The notes under the pieces: generated by a model
The model's database searches: none
What the model was told of the DNA's origin: nothing
Seen by the model: the letters and a program-made list of their open reading frames with translations, nothing else
Source of the DNA: Candidatus Eiseniibacteriota bacterium
Lineage (GTDB): Bacteria > Eisenbacteria > RBG-16-71-46 > CAZEPH01
Direction of reading: 5' to 3'
Assembly: GCA_044229145.1 (NCBI GenBank)
Contig: JBGATO010000016.1
Location: 1-63,644, forward strand
Length of the DNA stretch: 63,644 nt
Program-made: the position numbers and the translations under genes
In this document: piece by piece, positions 43,661-53,631 of the stretch
Numbering within the stretch: the stretch's first letter is position 1
How the letters are laid out: each line of letters begins with the position of its first letter

Positions 43661-45016
43661 CTACCCCGCGGTCATCGCGCGGGGCTTCACGTCGATGTGC
43701 GTCTTGGCGCGCAGGCCCTTGACCCACGTGTCGTAGACGCCGCCGAGCTTGTCCTGGCGCGCCATGTCGCGCAACTCGCCCTTGACCTCCTCGAACGAGT
43801 ACGGCGACTCCGGCGTGCGGCCGCTGACCGTGAAGAGGTAGAACGTGTCGTCGTCCTGCATCACCTGGCTGACGCCGCCGAGCGGCAGAGCGTCGGTGAT
43901 CTGACGCAACGCCGGCGGCATCTGCGCCACCGGCACGTCGCCCAAGTCGCCGCCGCGGTCCTTGCTGTTCGGATCCATCGAGTACGCGCTGGCGATGGCC
44001 GCAAAGCCTTCGCCGCCGGTGATGCGCTTGCGCAGCGCCTCGGCCTGCGTGCGCGTCTTGAGCAGGTCCTGCTTCGACGGCCGCACGCGCACCAGGATGT
44101 GCCGGGCGTGGACGCGGTTCTCGTCGCGCTCGAGCACTTGGATCAAGTGGTAGCCGAAGCGCGAACGCACCGGCCCGCCGACCTTGCCCGGCTCGATGTT
44201 GAACGCCGCCGATTCGAACGCGTTGTCCATTTCGCCGCGTCCGAACCAGCCGAGATCGCCGCCGTTCACCGCCGACGCCGAATCCGCCGAACTCGCCTTC
44301 GCCACCGCGCCGAACTCGGCGCCGCCGCGGATCTTCGCCAGCAGCGCGAGCGCCTTCTCGCGGCCGGCGTCTTCCGCCACCTGGTTCACCGTCGGGATGA
44401 GCACCAGCTGCGAGATGCGCGCGGTGGCCGGCTTCGGCGGCAGCTTGTCCTTGTTCTTGGCGAAGTAGTCGACGACGTCCTGGTCGGTGATCTCGACCTT
44501 CGACGCCACCTCGCGGCCGATCAGGCGCTGCGCAAGCATCTGCTTGCTGACGTCCTTCTTGTAGCGCGCCAGCAGATCCGATTCGCTGGTGCCTTCTGCC
44601 TTGAGTTCGGCGGCGTACTCGGCGGCGTTCTTGAACCGCGCCTTCACGTTGTCGAGCGCGGTCTGTGCCTGCGCGGTGATCTCGGAGTCCGGCACCGCGA
44701 TGCCCTGACGCGTCGCCTCCTGCAGGATCAACTTCTCGTCGATCAGGCGGTCGAGCGTGTCCTGGCGAATCTGGCGCAGCTTGGTGGTGTCCGCCGGGTC
44801 GATCTGCGACTGCACCGCCGTCATGTACGTCTGCTGCTCGACTTCGGAGAGCAGCACGACATCGGTGCCGACCACGGCCGCGATGCCGTCGATCACCTCC
44901 GCACTATCCGGCGCCGCGGCACCCGCCGCAGCGGCACGCGTCGCCGGCGCCGCACCCGCCAGCCACCACGCGCACCCCATCGTCAGTGCGGAGATCATCA
45001 CGACACGCTTGATCAC
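43661..45016 (-). CDS. surA: SurA-like peptidyl-prolyl isomerase/chaperone
   Basis: Signal peptide, IDGIAAVVG..V.L.SE (SurA-N) and two parvulin domains (GGDLGWF, ARHILV, GGDLG). Confidence 0.85.
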   Translation of the reverse strand: MIKRVVMISALTMGCAWWLAGAAPATRAAAAGAAAPDSAEVIDGIAAVVGTDVVLLSEVEQQTYMTAVQSQIDPADTTKLRQIRQDTLDRLIDEKLILQEATRQGIAVPDSEITAQAQTALDNVKARFKNAAEYAAELKAEGTSESDLLARYKKDVSKQMLAQRLIGREVASKVEITDQDVVDYFAKNKDKLPPKPATARISQLVLIPTVNQVAEDAGREKALALLAKIRGGAEFGAVAKASSADSASAVNGGDLGWFGRGEMDNAFESAAFNIEPGKVGGPVRSRFGYHLIQVLERDENRVHARHILVRVRPSKQDLLKTRTQAEALRKRITGGEGFAAIASAYSMDPNSKDRGGDLGDVPVAQMPPALRQITDALPLGGVSQVMQDDDTFYLFTVSGRTPESPYSFEEVKGELRDMARQDKLGGVYDTWVKGLRAKTHIDVKPRAMTAG

Positions 45017-46791
45017 TTCGAGCCTCCTGCCTGTCCATTCATCGGCATCGTCATGGCGGCCGGACGCGCGACCTTCGCCTGCTTCAACACGTCCTGGTGC
45101 ACGACGATCGGATACTTCGCCCGCAAGTCCGCGAGCAACTTCTTGAGGGCGGCCTCCGACGCCTCGGTGCTGGCGTAGTGCTGCGCGTCCTTGCGCGAGG
45201 TGTTGAAGTCCTTCACGCCGCCCGGCGTCTTGCGGATCACCTTGAACACCGTCCAGTACTCGCTCGACTGCACCGGCGCGGCGCAGAGCTCATCTTCCTC
45301 GAGCTTGCTGGCGATCGAGAACAGATCGTTGGGATCGTCGTTGACCGGCTGCGGGCCGGTGGCACCGACGGTGCCGAGTGGACTCTCGCCGATGTCGTGC
45401 CCGACCGCCTCGATGGTCTTGCCGCCCTTGATCACCTGGAACACCGAGTCGGCCTGTGCCTTCGTCGGCATCGAGATGCGGTAGATGTCGACGGTGGCCG
45501 GCTGCTTGAAGTACTCCGGGTGCGCCTTCCAGTAGGCGCGCGCCTGCTCGTCGGTGGCCTGCGTCTTCCCTTGGATTTCGCGCGTGTACAGCGTGGTGAC
45601 GAAGATCTCCTCGGCGCGGTTCTTCAGCGTGCGCTTGACGTCCGGATTGTCGGCGAGCTTCCGCGCCGCCGCTTCCTTCTCCATCATGCGCTTGATCATT
45701 TCGCCGTCGAGGAAGTCGCGCGCCCGCGCCGTGTCGCCCGGCGACGGCCGCATCCACGCCGGCATCGCCTTGAGCGACTTCAGCATGTCCTTGAAGCGGT
45801 ACGGCGGCTCGCCGAGCATGCGCGCGAGCACCAGCGTGCTCTCCTCGGCGGTCGCCATCTTCGGGTCGTTGAAGGCCAGGCCGATGCGCTGCTTGCCCTC
45901 GAGATCCTGATCCTTGTTCTCCGCGTCTTCCTTGGCACGCGCCCGGACGAAGATGTCGTTGATGCGCTCGATGACGCGCGGCTCGTACTGCAGCTGGTAC
46001 TTGGCGCGCGCGCCGTCGACCAGCGCGGCCAGCAACTCGTCCTTCTTGCGCGCGGTGACGATCTTGTTCAACTCCGGCTTCACGCGCGCGAACGACGCGG
46101 TGTCGTTCTCGGCGCGGGTGCGGCGCTCGTCCATGCGGATCAAGTGCCAGCCGAACGCCGATGACACCGGCGGGCTGGTCTGTCCCGGCTGCAGCGCGTA
46201 CGCCGCCTTCTCGAACGACGGCACCATGTCGCCCGCCACCCACGCCGGCAGCAAGCCGCCCTTCTCGCGCGTGCCCGGATCGTTGGACCGCGCGCGGGCC
46301 AGCGAGTCGAACGAGGCGCCCTTCTGGATCAGCGCGTACAGACTGTCCGCCGTCTCCTTGTGGACGACCAACAGGTGGCGGGTCACCAATTCCGTCTTGC
46401 GTAGGTTGAACAGCTGCTTGAGGTCGGCGTCGGCGACCTTGATCTTCGCCGTGACCTCATCGTCGTAGAGCTTCTGCAGGACGACGTTGCTGGTGATCGC
46501 CGCGATCTGGGTGGCGACCGTCGAGTCCGCCTCGTAGTGACGCGAAGTCGCCTCGATCGCGAGCAACTCCTTGTTGACCATGTCGTCCAGCAGCCGGCGC
46601 TTGACCGTGCTGTCCGGATCGCCGGCGAAGTAGTTCGGGTCGAGCTTGGAGGCCGCGTGCTCGAAGTCTCCCACCGTGATGGCGCGCGGACCGACGTTCG
46701 CGACCACCTTCTGCGCCCGCGACGTGCAGCCCGCGGGCAGAGCACCCAACGCGATGCCGAGCACGACGGCACGCATCCACGAAGCTTTCAT
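45013..46791 (-). CDS. Parvulin-type PPIase lipoprotein (PrsA/PpiD-like foldase)
   Basis: Lipobox-like LPAGC, RHLLV, SF..LAR..S.D, GG.L, MVPSFEKAAY.L and FGWHLI. Confidence 0.85.
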   Translation of the reverse strand: MKASWMRAVVLGIALGALPAGCTSRAQKVVANVGPRAITVGDFEHAASKLDPNYFAGDPDSTVKRRLLDDMVNKELLAIEATSRHYEADSTVATQIAAITSNVVLQKLYDDEVTAKIKVADADLKQLFNLRKTELVTRHLLVVHKETADSLYALIQKGASFDSLARARSNDPGTREKGGLLPAWVAGDMVPSFEKAAYALQPGQTSPPVSSAFGWHLIRMDERRTRAENDTASFARVKPELNKIVTARKKDELLAALVDGARAKYQLQYEPRVIERINDIFVRARAKEDAENKDQDLEGKQRIGLAFNDPKMATAEESTLVLARMLGEPPYRFKDMLKSLKAMPAWMRPSPGDTARARDFLDGEMIKRMMEKEAAARKLADNPDVKRTLKNRAEEIFVTTLYTREIQGKTQATDEQARAYWKAHPEYFKQPATVDIYRISMPTKAQADSVFQVIKGGKTIEAVGHDIGESPLGTVGATGPQPVNDDPNDLFSIASKLEEDELCAAPVQSSEYWTVFKVIRKTPGGVKDFNTSRKDAQHYASTEASEAALKKLLADLRAKYPIVVHQDVLKQAKVARPAAMTMPMNGQAGGSK

Positions 46792-46873
46792 GCAGCGACG
46801 ATCCTCACCTGGCAATGTGTCGGCAGCGCGCCCGGCCGGGCACGGGCCACGGCGGCGCGGAATAGAACGGCGT

Positions 46874-46902
46874 AGACTACCAGACGGCTGGGGGTGCCGC
46901 AA
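46874..46902 (-). promoter_or_regulatory. Sigma70 promoter for the PPIase-surA-ftsEX-envC operon
   Basis: Minus strand TTGCGG, 17 bp, (TGG)TAGTCT. Confidence 0.55.
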
Positions 46903-47005
46903 TCGCGGCTGGGGCGGACGGGCCGCCGGAACTGCCGTCCAGGTTGCGTGTTGGCAGCAGGTTAGAGGCGCCGGCCGGGTGGCCGGGTTGTCGCGCGGCG
47001 GGGAC

Positions 47006-47042
47006 TGTAAACGTTGCCGGTGGGGTCCGCGGCCGGTATCCT
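47006..47042 (+). promoter_or_regulatory. Sigma70 promoter for the GH1 gene with a LacI-like operator over the -35
   Basis: TTGCCG (47014-47019), 17 bp, TATCCT (47037-47042). TGTAAACGTTGCCG at 47006-47019. Confidence 0.5.
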
Positions 47043-47120
47043 GCGCCGATTCCGCCCCGCGCGCGCCGGTTGCGCCGCGCCGCCGCCGTCCATCGACCCG
47101 ATCCGGAAGGACCCGCCGCC

Positions 47121-48491
47121 ATGTCATCCGCCACGCGCTTCCCCGACGGCTTCCTGTGGGGCGCCGCGACCTCCGCCTATCAGATCGAGGGGTCGCCGCT
47201 GGCCGATGGCGCCGGGCCGAGCATCTGGCACCGCTTCGTCCACACGCCCGGACGCATCCTCGGCGGCGACACCGCCGATGTCGCCGTCGACCACTACCGC
47301 CGCTACCGCGAGGACGTGGCGCTCATGCGGTCGCTCGGATTGCAGTCGTACCGGTTCTCGATCGCCTGGGGACGCGTCGTGCCGGACGGCGTCGGCGCGG
47401 TGAACCAGGCCGGCCTCGACTTCTACTCGCGGCTGGTAGACGCGCTACTCGAAGCCGGCATCGCCCCGAACGTCACGCTCTACCATTGGGATTTGCCGGC
47501 CGCGCTGGACGACCGCGGCGGCTGGTGCAACCGCGAGATCGTCGACTGGTTCGCCGCGTACGCCGACGTGATGTTCCGCGCCCTCGGGGACCGCGTGCGG
47601 ATGTGGGCGACGCTGAACGAGCCGTGGGTGGTGACCGACGGCGGCTACCTCCATGGCGTCAACGCGCCGGGACACCGCAGCGCGTACGAAGCGCCGCTCG
47701 CCGCGCACCATCTGTTGCTCGCCCATGCCGCCGCGGTGCGCCGCTTCCGCGCCGGCGGCTACGCCGGACAGATCGGCCTCGTCGTCAACATCGAGCCGAA
47801 GGATCCGGCGACGCCGCTCGCCGCCGACGTGCGCGCCGCCGAACGCGCCGACGCCTACATGAACCGCCAGTTCCTCGATCCCGTGTTCTTCGGGCGCTAT
47901 CCCGAGGAGATGCACGAGATCTTTGGCGCCGCGTGGCCCGAGTTCTCCGCCGAAGACTGCGCCGCGATCACCGAGCCGGTCGACTTCATCGGCATCAACT
48001 ACTACACGCGCGGCGTCATGCGGCACGATGACGCGGCGTGGCCGGTGCAGGCATCGCACGTGCGGGTGCCGAACCGTTTGTATACCGAGACGGGATGGGA
48101 GGTGCATCCCGAGAGCTTGCTGCGGGTGTTGACGTGGGTGAGCGACCGCTACGGTCGTCCGCCGCTGTACGTGACCGAGAACGGCGTCGCGTTCTTCGAT
48201 CCGCCGATGGCGCGTGACGGCCGCGTCGACGATCCGCTGCGCATCGCATACCTCCGCGATCATCTTCTCGCGTGTCGCGCGGCGCTGGAGCGCGGCGTCG
48301 ACTTGCGCGGCTACTACGCGTGGTCGCTGTTCGACAATTTCGAGTGGGCGAGCGGATTCGCGAAGCGCTTTGGCTTGGTGCACGTCAACTACGAGACGCT
48401 CGAGCGCACGGTGAAGGAGTCGGGGAAGTTCTATGCCGGTGTGGTGGCGTCGAACGGGGACGTGTTGGGGGACGCGGCGCCGCCGCGCTAG
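47121..48491 (+). CDS. Beta-glucosidase, glycoside hydrolase family 1
   Basis: FPDGFLWGAATSAYQIEG, YRFSIAW, TLYHWDLP, acid/base TLNEP, nucleophile VTENG and DNFEW..G..KRFG. Confidence 0.96.
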   Translation: MSSATRFPDGFLWGAATSAYQIEGSPLADGAGPSIWHRFVHTPGRILGGDTADVAVDHYRRYREDVALMRSLGLQSYRFSIAWGRVVPDGVGAVNQAGLDFYSRLVDALLEAGIAPNVTLYHWDLPAALDDRGGWCNREIVDWFAAYADVMFRALGDRVRMWATLNEPWVVTDGGYLHGVNAPGHRSAYEAPLAAHHLLLAHAAAVRRFRAGGYAGQIGLVVNIEPKDPATPLAADVRAAERADAYMNRQFLDPVFFGRYPEEMHEIFGAAWPEFSAEDCAAITEPVDFIGINYYTRGVMRHDDAAWPVQASHVRVPNRLYTETGWEVHPESLLRVLTWVSDRYGRPPLYVTENGVAFFDPPMARDGRVDDPLRIAYLRDHLLACRAALERGVDLRGYYAWSLFDNFEWASGFAKRFGLVHVNYETLERTVKESGKFYAGVVASNGDVLGDAAPPR

Positions 48492-48561
48492 CACGGCGAC
48501 GCGTCCGCGGCAGTTCGTGTAGGCTTCCGGCAGTTCGCCGCAGCTTGCCAGGAGGAATCCC

Positions 48562-49662
48562 ATGCCGCCCCGCCGCTCGCGTTCCGATGCGCCTGCGTTT
48601 GCCCGTTGGTTGCCGCTGGCCCGCCAGTTGACGCGCACCACCGTGCCGCTGGCCGAGAAGGACGTCGTCGAGATCTATACGTATCCCGGCGCGCTTCCAC
48701 TTGCCGAAGCTGTCGCGTTCGAGGCGCGACGCCGCGGCAGCGACACGCACATCACCATGATGACCGACGATCTCTGGTTCGCGTCGATGGATGCGTTGCC
48801 GCGGACGTGGCTCGAAGGCGCATCGCCCGCCGAGCAAGCGCTCGCGGCGGTGAAGACGGTGGACTTCTACATCGGCGGCCTGTCCGACGGGCCGCGCTTG
48901 CAGCGCCTGCCGTGGGCGCGCGTGGTCGCCAATTCGGTGGGCGGGGCGAAGACCGATGCCGCGGCCCGCAAGCGTCGCGTGCCGGAAATCGTGGTGCCGT
49001 CCGGCTGGGTGAGTCCGCAACGCGCGGAGGCGTACGGGTTGCACTTCGCGCGCTGGCGCACGGCATATGAAACGGCGCTCGGCGCCGATCTGCGTGCTCT
49101 CGGGCGCGCCGGCACGCGCTGGGCGCGGCAATTCGCCGAACCGCGCGACGTCCATCTGCGCGCCGACGGCACCGATCTGCGCTTCGCAACCGCCGGCGAT
49201 CCGTTCGTCGACGACGGCATTCTGGACGCCGCCGACCGCGCGCGCGGCGTGGATGCCACGTTGCTGCCGGCCGGCCGCGTGATCGTGCCGGTGAAGCGGG
49301 GCAGCGCGCACGGCGTCGTGCGCTTCCGCGATCCGATCTATCTGCGCGCGTTCGCCATCCGCGATGTCGAGATGCACTTCGAGCGCGGCGCGTTGGTGTC
49401 GTGGAAAGCGCGCGCGAGCAAGAAGATCTTGTCGTCGGTGCTGGCGGGATGGAAGCCGCGCGAGCTGCGTCTCGGCTGGATGACGATCGGCGTCAACGCG
49501 CTGGCGAAGCCGGCGATGATGGACAACGGCATCGTCGACGGGGCGATCGCGGTCGGTCTGGGGACGTACCCGCTGCTGGCGCCGGGCAGTTCGCCGTTCG
49601 GCGCGGTGGGCGCGGTGATCGGCGAGATCGAACGCGGCGTCGAATTGGCGATCGCGCGGTAG
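48562..49662 (+). CDS. Aminopeptidase M29 (thermophilic metalloprotease)-like protein, metal ligands apparently missing
   Basis: GTDLRF, DDG, LPAG, G.V.F, F..G.LV and IG.N scaffold. SD AGGAGG. Confidence 0.6.
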   Translation: MPPRRSRSDAPAFARWLPLARQLTRTTVPLAEKDVVEIYTYPGALPLAEAVAFEARRRGSDTHITMMTDDLWFASMDALPRTWLEGASPAEQALAAVKTVDFYIGGLSDGPRLQRLPWARVVANSVGGAKTDAAARKRRVPEIVVPSGWVSPQRAEAYGLHFARWRTAYETALGADLRALGRAGTRWARQFAEPRDVHLRADGTDLRFATAGDPFVDDGILDAADRARGVDATLLPAGRVIVPVKRGSAHGVVRFRDPIYLRAFAIRDVEMHFERGALVSWKARASKKILSSVLAGWKPRELRLGWMTIGVNALAKPAMMDNGIVDGAIAVGLGTYPLLAPGSSPFGAVGAVIGEIERGVELAIAR

Positions 49663-49683
49663 GCGACGTCACGGAGGCATCCG

Positions 49684-50334
49684 ATGTCACGAGTTCGCGT
49701 GGCGAGCTTCAGCATCTCGCTCGATGGATACGCCGCAGGGCCGCGGCAGTCGCTCGATGATCCGCTCGGCATCGGCGGCATGGAGTTGCATTCGTGGGTC
49801 TTCCCGACGCGCACGTTCCAGCGCGCGCTGTTCGGCAAGGACGACGGCACCACCGGTGTCGACGACGACTTCGCCGCGCGCGGCTTCTCCAACCTCGGCG
49901 CGTGGATCCTCGGCCGCAACATGTTCAGCCCGTACCGAGGCCCGTGGGACGCCGTCGAGTGGAAAGGCTGGTGGGGCGACAATCCGCCGTATCACGTGCC
50001 GGTGTTCGTCGTGACGCATCACGCGCGACCGCCGCTCGAGATGGAAGGCGGCACCACGTTCCACTTCGTCACCGGCGGCATCCGCGAAGCACTCGATCGC
50101 GCGCGCGAGGCGGCCGGCGAACGAGACGTGCGCATCGGCGGCGGGGCGCACATCATCCAGCAGTACCTGCGCGAGCGCCTCATCGACGAATTGCACGTCG
50201 CGATCGCGCCGGTGTTTCTCGGCGGCGGCGAGCGATTGTTCGAGGGAGTCGACATGCGGGCACTCGGATACGAGTGCGCCGATGTCGTCCCGTCGGAGAA
50301 GGCGACGCACGTCGTCTTGCGTCGCCGTGCCTGA
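49684..50334 (+). CDS. Dihydrofolate reductase-like (RibD C-terminal domain) protein
   Basis: SISLDGY.AGP, GRNMF, PVFVVTH, GGA..IQQYL...LIDEL and G.GERLF. Confidence 0.9.
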   Translation: MSRVRVASFSISLDGYAAGPRQSLDDPLGIGGMELHSWVFPTRTFQRALFGKDDGTTGVDDDFAARGFSNLGAWILGRNMFSPYRGPWDAVEWKGWWGDNPPYHVPVFVVTHHARPPLEMEGGTTFHFVTGGIREALDRAREAAGERDVRIGGGAHIIQQYLRERLIDELHVAIAPVFLGGGERLFEGVDMRALGYECADVVPSEKATHVVLRRRA

Positions 50335-50797
50335 GCCGGCGGCCACACCCGAGGCGCAGCTTCGCGCACTGCTCGCGAAGTTCGAGGCGACGGAGCAGAA
50401 GCGTATTCGCGCGGCGCGCACCGCGCTGCGCACGCGGCTGCCCACCGCTCACGAGTTGCTCTACGACTACGGCACGTTCTTCGTCATCGCCTATTCGCCG
50501 ACGGAGCATCCAACCGACGGCATCGTTTCGCTCGCGGCACGGCCCGACGGTCTGCGTCTCTATGTGATGCACGGGCCACAGCTGCCCGATCCGAAGAAGC
50601 TCCTGGGCGGAACCGGCAAGCAGGCGCGGTTTCTGCGGTTGGAGTCGGCGCGACAGCTGGCGCATCCGGATGTCGAAGCGCTGATCGCCGCGGCGGTCGC
50701 GCACGCCGACGTTCCATTGCCCGCCGAGGGACGCGGCACGCTGATCGTGCGGACGTTCGGGGGAAAACGGCAGGCGCGTCGAACGCCGGCGCGATAG
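50327..50797 (+). CDS. DUF1801/YdhG-like hypothetical protein
   Basis: ELLYDY, LPDPKKLL.G.GKQ.RF. The GTG overlaps the upstream gene end. Confidence 0.65.
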   Translation: MPEPAATPEAQLRALLAKFEATEQKRIRAARTALRTRLPTAHELLYDYGTFFVIAYSPTEHPTDGIVSLAARPDGLRLYVMHGPQLPDPKKLLGGTGKQARFLRLESARQLAHPDVEALIAAAVAHADVPLPAEGRGTLIVRTFGGKRQARRTPAR

Positions 50798-50801
50798 GCC
50801 G

Positions 50802-51176
50802 CTACGCGTCGCGGTCGCGATCGAATCGCGTCGTGCCGGGGAAGGGCGGCAGCCACGCTTCGCGCTGCACGGTCCACAGTTCGTAGTCCGGCGTGAATTG
50901 GCTCGGGGCGTCCAGCGCGCCGAGATGCACTTCGATTTCGTCGCCGCTGCGCGCGAACACCGACGAGCCGCAGCGCGGACAGAAGTGGCGACCTTCGTAT
51001 TCGTGTGTCGCGCCGGCGATCGTCACCGCGGACTGCGGGAAGATCGCGGCGGCGTAGAACAGCGCGCCATGATGTTTACGGCATTCCAGACAGTGGCAGA
51101 TGCCGACGCGGTCGGGCGCGCCGGCCGCCTCGACGCGAATGTCGCCGCACAAGCAGCTGGCAGTGTGATGCGTCAT
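50802..51176 (-). CDS. GFA (glutathione-dependent formaldehyde-activating/CENP-V) family protein
   Basis: CLCG, CHCLECRK and FCPRCGS. Confidence 0.9.
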   Translation of the reverse strand: MTHHTASCLCGDIRVEAAGAPDRVGICHCLECRKHHGALFYAAAIFPQSAVTIAGATHEYEGRHFCPRCGSSVFARSGDEIEVHLGALDAPSQFTPDYELWTVQREAWLPPFPGTTRFDRDRDA

Positions 51177-51589
51177 TCGACGTGTCCTCCATGTTGTGCG
51201 TCCCGTTGCAGGTCGCGAAGCGCGGCGAGCGCACGCTGCGCGTGCTCGACCGGCACGAAGATGTGATCGTGGAACGTGCCCGCGATCACGTTGCAACTCA
51301 CGCCCGCGCGCCCCAGCGCCGTCGCGAACGCCGCGGTGAGCCCCACCGCGTGCAAATCCGACTGCACCGCGAGCGTGATCCACGCCGCCCGGAAGCGGAT
51401 GCGCAATCCGGCCTCGATCGCCTGCTCTTCGGGCAGCACCACGGTCACGCCTTCCGGCTCGCGCATGGTGGCGATCGGCGCCAGCGCCGCGACGTCGCTC
51501 TCCAGCGGGACGACGCAGTAGACGAAGATGCCGTCGTGCAACTGCGGCTCGAGCGACCGCAGCAAGAGGGAGAGCTCGGTGAGCGTCAC
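51173..51589 (-). CDS. ACT domain-containing protein (DUF2241-like)
   Basis: LLRSLEPQL, E.EG.T, ITL.V.SDL.AVGLTAA and CNVIAG.FHDHIFV. Confidence 0.85.
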   Translation of the reverse strand: MTLTELSLLLRSLEPQLHDGIFVYCVVPLESDVAALAPIATMREPEGVTVVLPEEQAIEAGLRIRFRAAWITLAVQSDLHAVGLTAAFATALGRAGVSCNVIAGTFHDHIFVPVEHAQRALAALRDLQRDAQHGGHVE

Positions 51590-52056
51590 GCCCGATCGTG
51601 CTCGCTGTACGGCGTCTCGCCGCCACGGCCCACTTCCGCGGCGAGGCGTTCGAGGTTGTGCGTGTTGGCCGTCGCGATGAACGGGGCGATGCTCAGGTAG
51701 TGCTCCACGGTGTCGAACGTCTGCCGCCAGCGCACCTCGGTTCCGCCATCGACGGCGTGCAGCTCGATGGTGAGCAGGAAGTGATGGCCGGAAAGATGTT
51801 CGACCTCGACGAGCGCGTCGGCTTCGATGCGCGAGAAACGGCTCTCGTTCGGATAGTCGACGCCATCGGGGCCGTGCATCGTGAGCAGCCACTGACCGCC
51901 GGGGCGGAACTCGAATCGGTGCATCGTATTGGTGAAGCCCTCGGGACCCCACCACCGCGCGACCCGCGCCGGGTCGCTCATGGCCGCGAAGACATCGTGC
52001 GGAGTCGCGGCGATGAGGATGCGGCGCGCATCGGAGCGATCGTCGACTGATTCCAT
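51586..52056 (-). CDS. SRPBCC/AHSA1 domain protein
   Basis: VFAA.SDP..ARWWGP.GFT, F.FRPGG.W...MHGPDG..YPN and NLERL. Confidence 0.88.
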   Translation of the reverse strand: MESVDDRSDARRILIAATPHDVFAAMSDPARVARWWGPEGFTNTMHRFEFRPGGQWLLTMHGPDGVDYPNESRFSRIEADALVEVEHLSGHHFLLTIELHAVDGGTEVRWRQTFDTVEHYLSIAPFIATANTHNLERLAAEVGRGGETPYSEHDRA

Positions 52057-52115
52057 TTCGTGTCTCGCCTCCAGACAGGACTCACGCGCGCTGGGTGGCA
52101 TCCATCGCCCCGAGT

Positions 52116-53575
52116 TCAAGCGCCGTCACGCCTGAAGGCGACGGCGCGCCGCGCGATTTGGTCGATGAGCCCGCTGAAGATCATGCCATGCAGCGGGTAC
52201 AGCGCGTACCAGTACAGCCACCCCATCAGGCCCTTCGGCGCGAAGAAGGCGGTTTGCGAGAGATGCGCCTGCTGGTCGCCCTGTGCGCTGACGCGCAACT
52301 GCAGCCAGGCCTTGCCCGGCACCTTCATCTCCGCCCGCAGCCGGAGCAACTGGCCCGGCTCCACCGCCTCGACCCGCCAGAAGTCGAGCGCGTCGCCCGC
52401 GCGGAGGCCGTCCGGATCGCGCCGGCCGCGCCGCAGACCCACGCCGCCGATCATCTTGTCGATGAACCCGCGGATCTCCCACGCCCAGTTCATGTAGTAC
52501 CAGCCGTGCGCGCCTCCGAGCCCGCAGACACTGCGGTACACGTCGGCCGCGGGCGCGGGGACGATGCGCTGGCGATGTTCGACGATCATGCCTTCGCGCG
52601 TCGTCAGCGTCACCGTGGGCGCATCGCCTTGACTCGTGCTCAGCGCGTCGCTCCAGGCGGTTTCGATCCCGCTCGCTTCGAGGGTCGCGATGGCGCGCTC
52701 CACGGTGGCGCGGTATCCCAGCGGCTCGATGTCGGGGAATAGCGTGCGCGCGCGAACGTCGCGCACCACGCTCTCGTTGCGCAGACCTTCGATGAGCGGA
52801 CGCGCGATGGCGGCCGAGATCGGCGTGACCAGATTCACCCAGTACGAGGACAGACGCGGGGTGAGGATCGGGATCGGCACCATCCATCGCCTGAGACCGC
52901 GGACTTCGGCGTAGATGGTCATCATCTCGCCATAGGTGACGACGTCCGCCCCGCCGATCTCGACGACGCATCCCGTGCTCTCGGGGACCGCGAGCGCCGT
53001 CGCGAGATACTCCAGGACGTCCCGCACGCCGATGGGTTGGGTCCGCGTGTACACCCAGCCGGCACGCGCTCCGTCAGATACCGGATCATCTCGAACGAGA
53101 GGCTGCCCGACCCGACGATCACGCCGGCGCGGAACTCGGTGACCGGAACGCCGGCGCCGCGCAGGCAGTCGCCGGTTTGCTGGCGGGACCGCAGATGTTC
53201 GGAAAGGCCGGATGCCGCGTCCGCGAGTCCGCCAAGGTAGAGGATGCGGCGGACGCCGGCCGCCTGGGCCGCCGCCGCGAAATTGCGGGCGGCCGTGAGG
53301 TCGCGTTCGTGGAAGTCCGCGCCGCCCGCCAAGCTGTGCACCAGATAGTACGCGGCGGAGACGTCCCGCATCGCCGGCGCGAGGCTCTCCGGCTGGAGCA
53401 CGTCGCCCGCGACGATCTCGACCGCGTCGCACCACGGGCGCCCCTGGAGACGGACGGGATCCCGCACCAAGCAGCGCACGCGATGCCCCAATTCGAGCAG
53501 GCGCGGCACCAGGCGCCCGCCGATGTAGCCGGTGGAGCCCGTGACGAGGATGAGCGGCCGGTTGGCGGTGTCCAC
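52116..53575 (-). pseudogene. SDR/NAD(P)-binding DUF2867 (YbjT-like) gene, frameshifted near 53060
   Basis: The N-terminal half (ILVTGSTGYIGGRL...SFEMIRYLTERVP) and C-terminal half (WVYTRTQPI...DFWRVE...AEMKVPG.AWL) lie in different frames. The junction reads GTG CCG GC TGG. Confidence 0.85.
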
Positions 53576-53631
53576 GACGCGTGACTCTCCGAAGTGAGCG
53601 GCGCGCGGCACGCCGTGCGCCACGGACGGCC

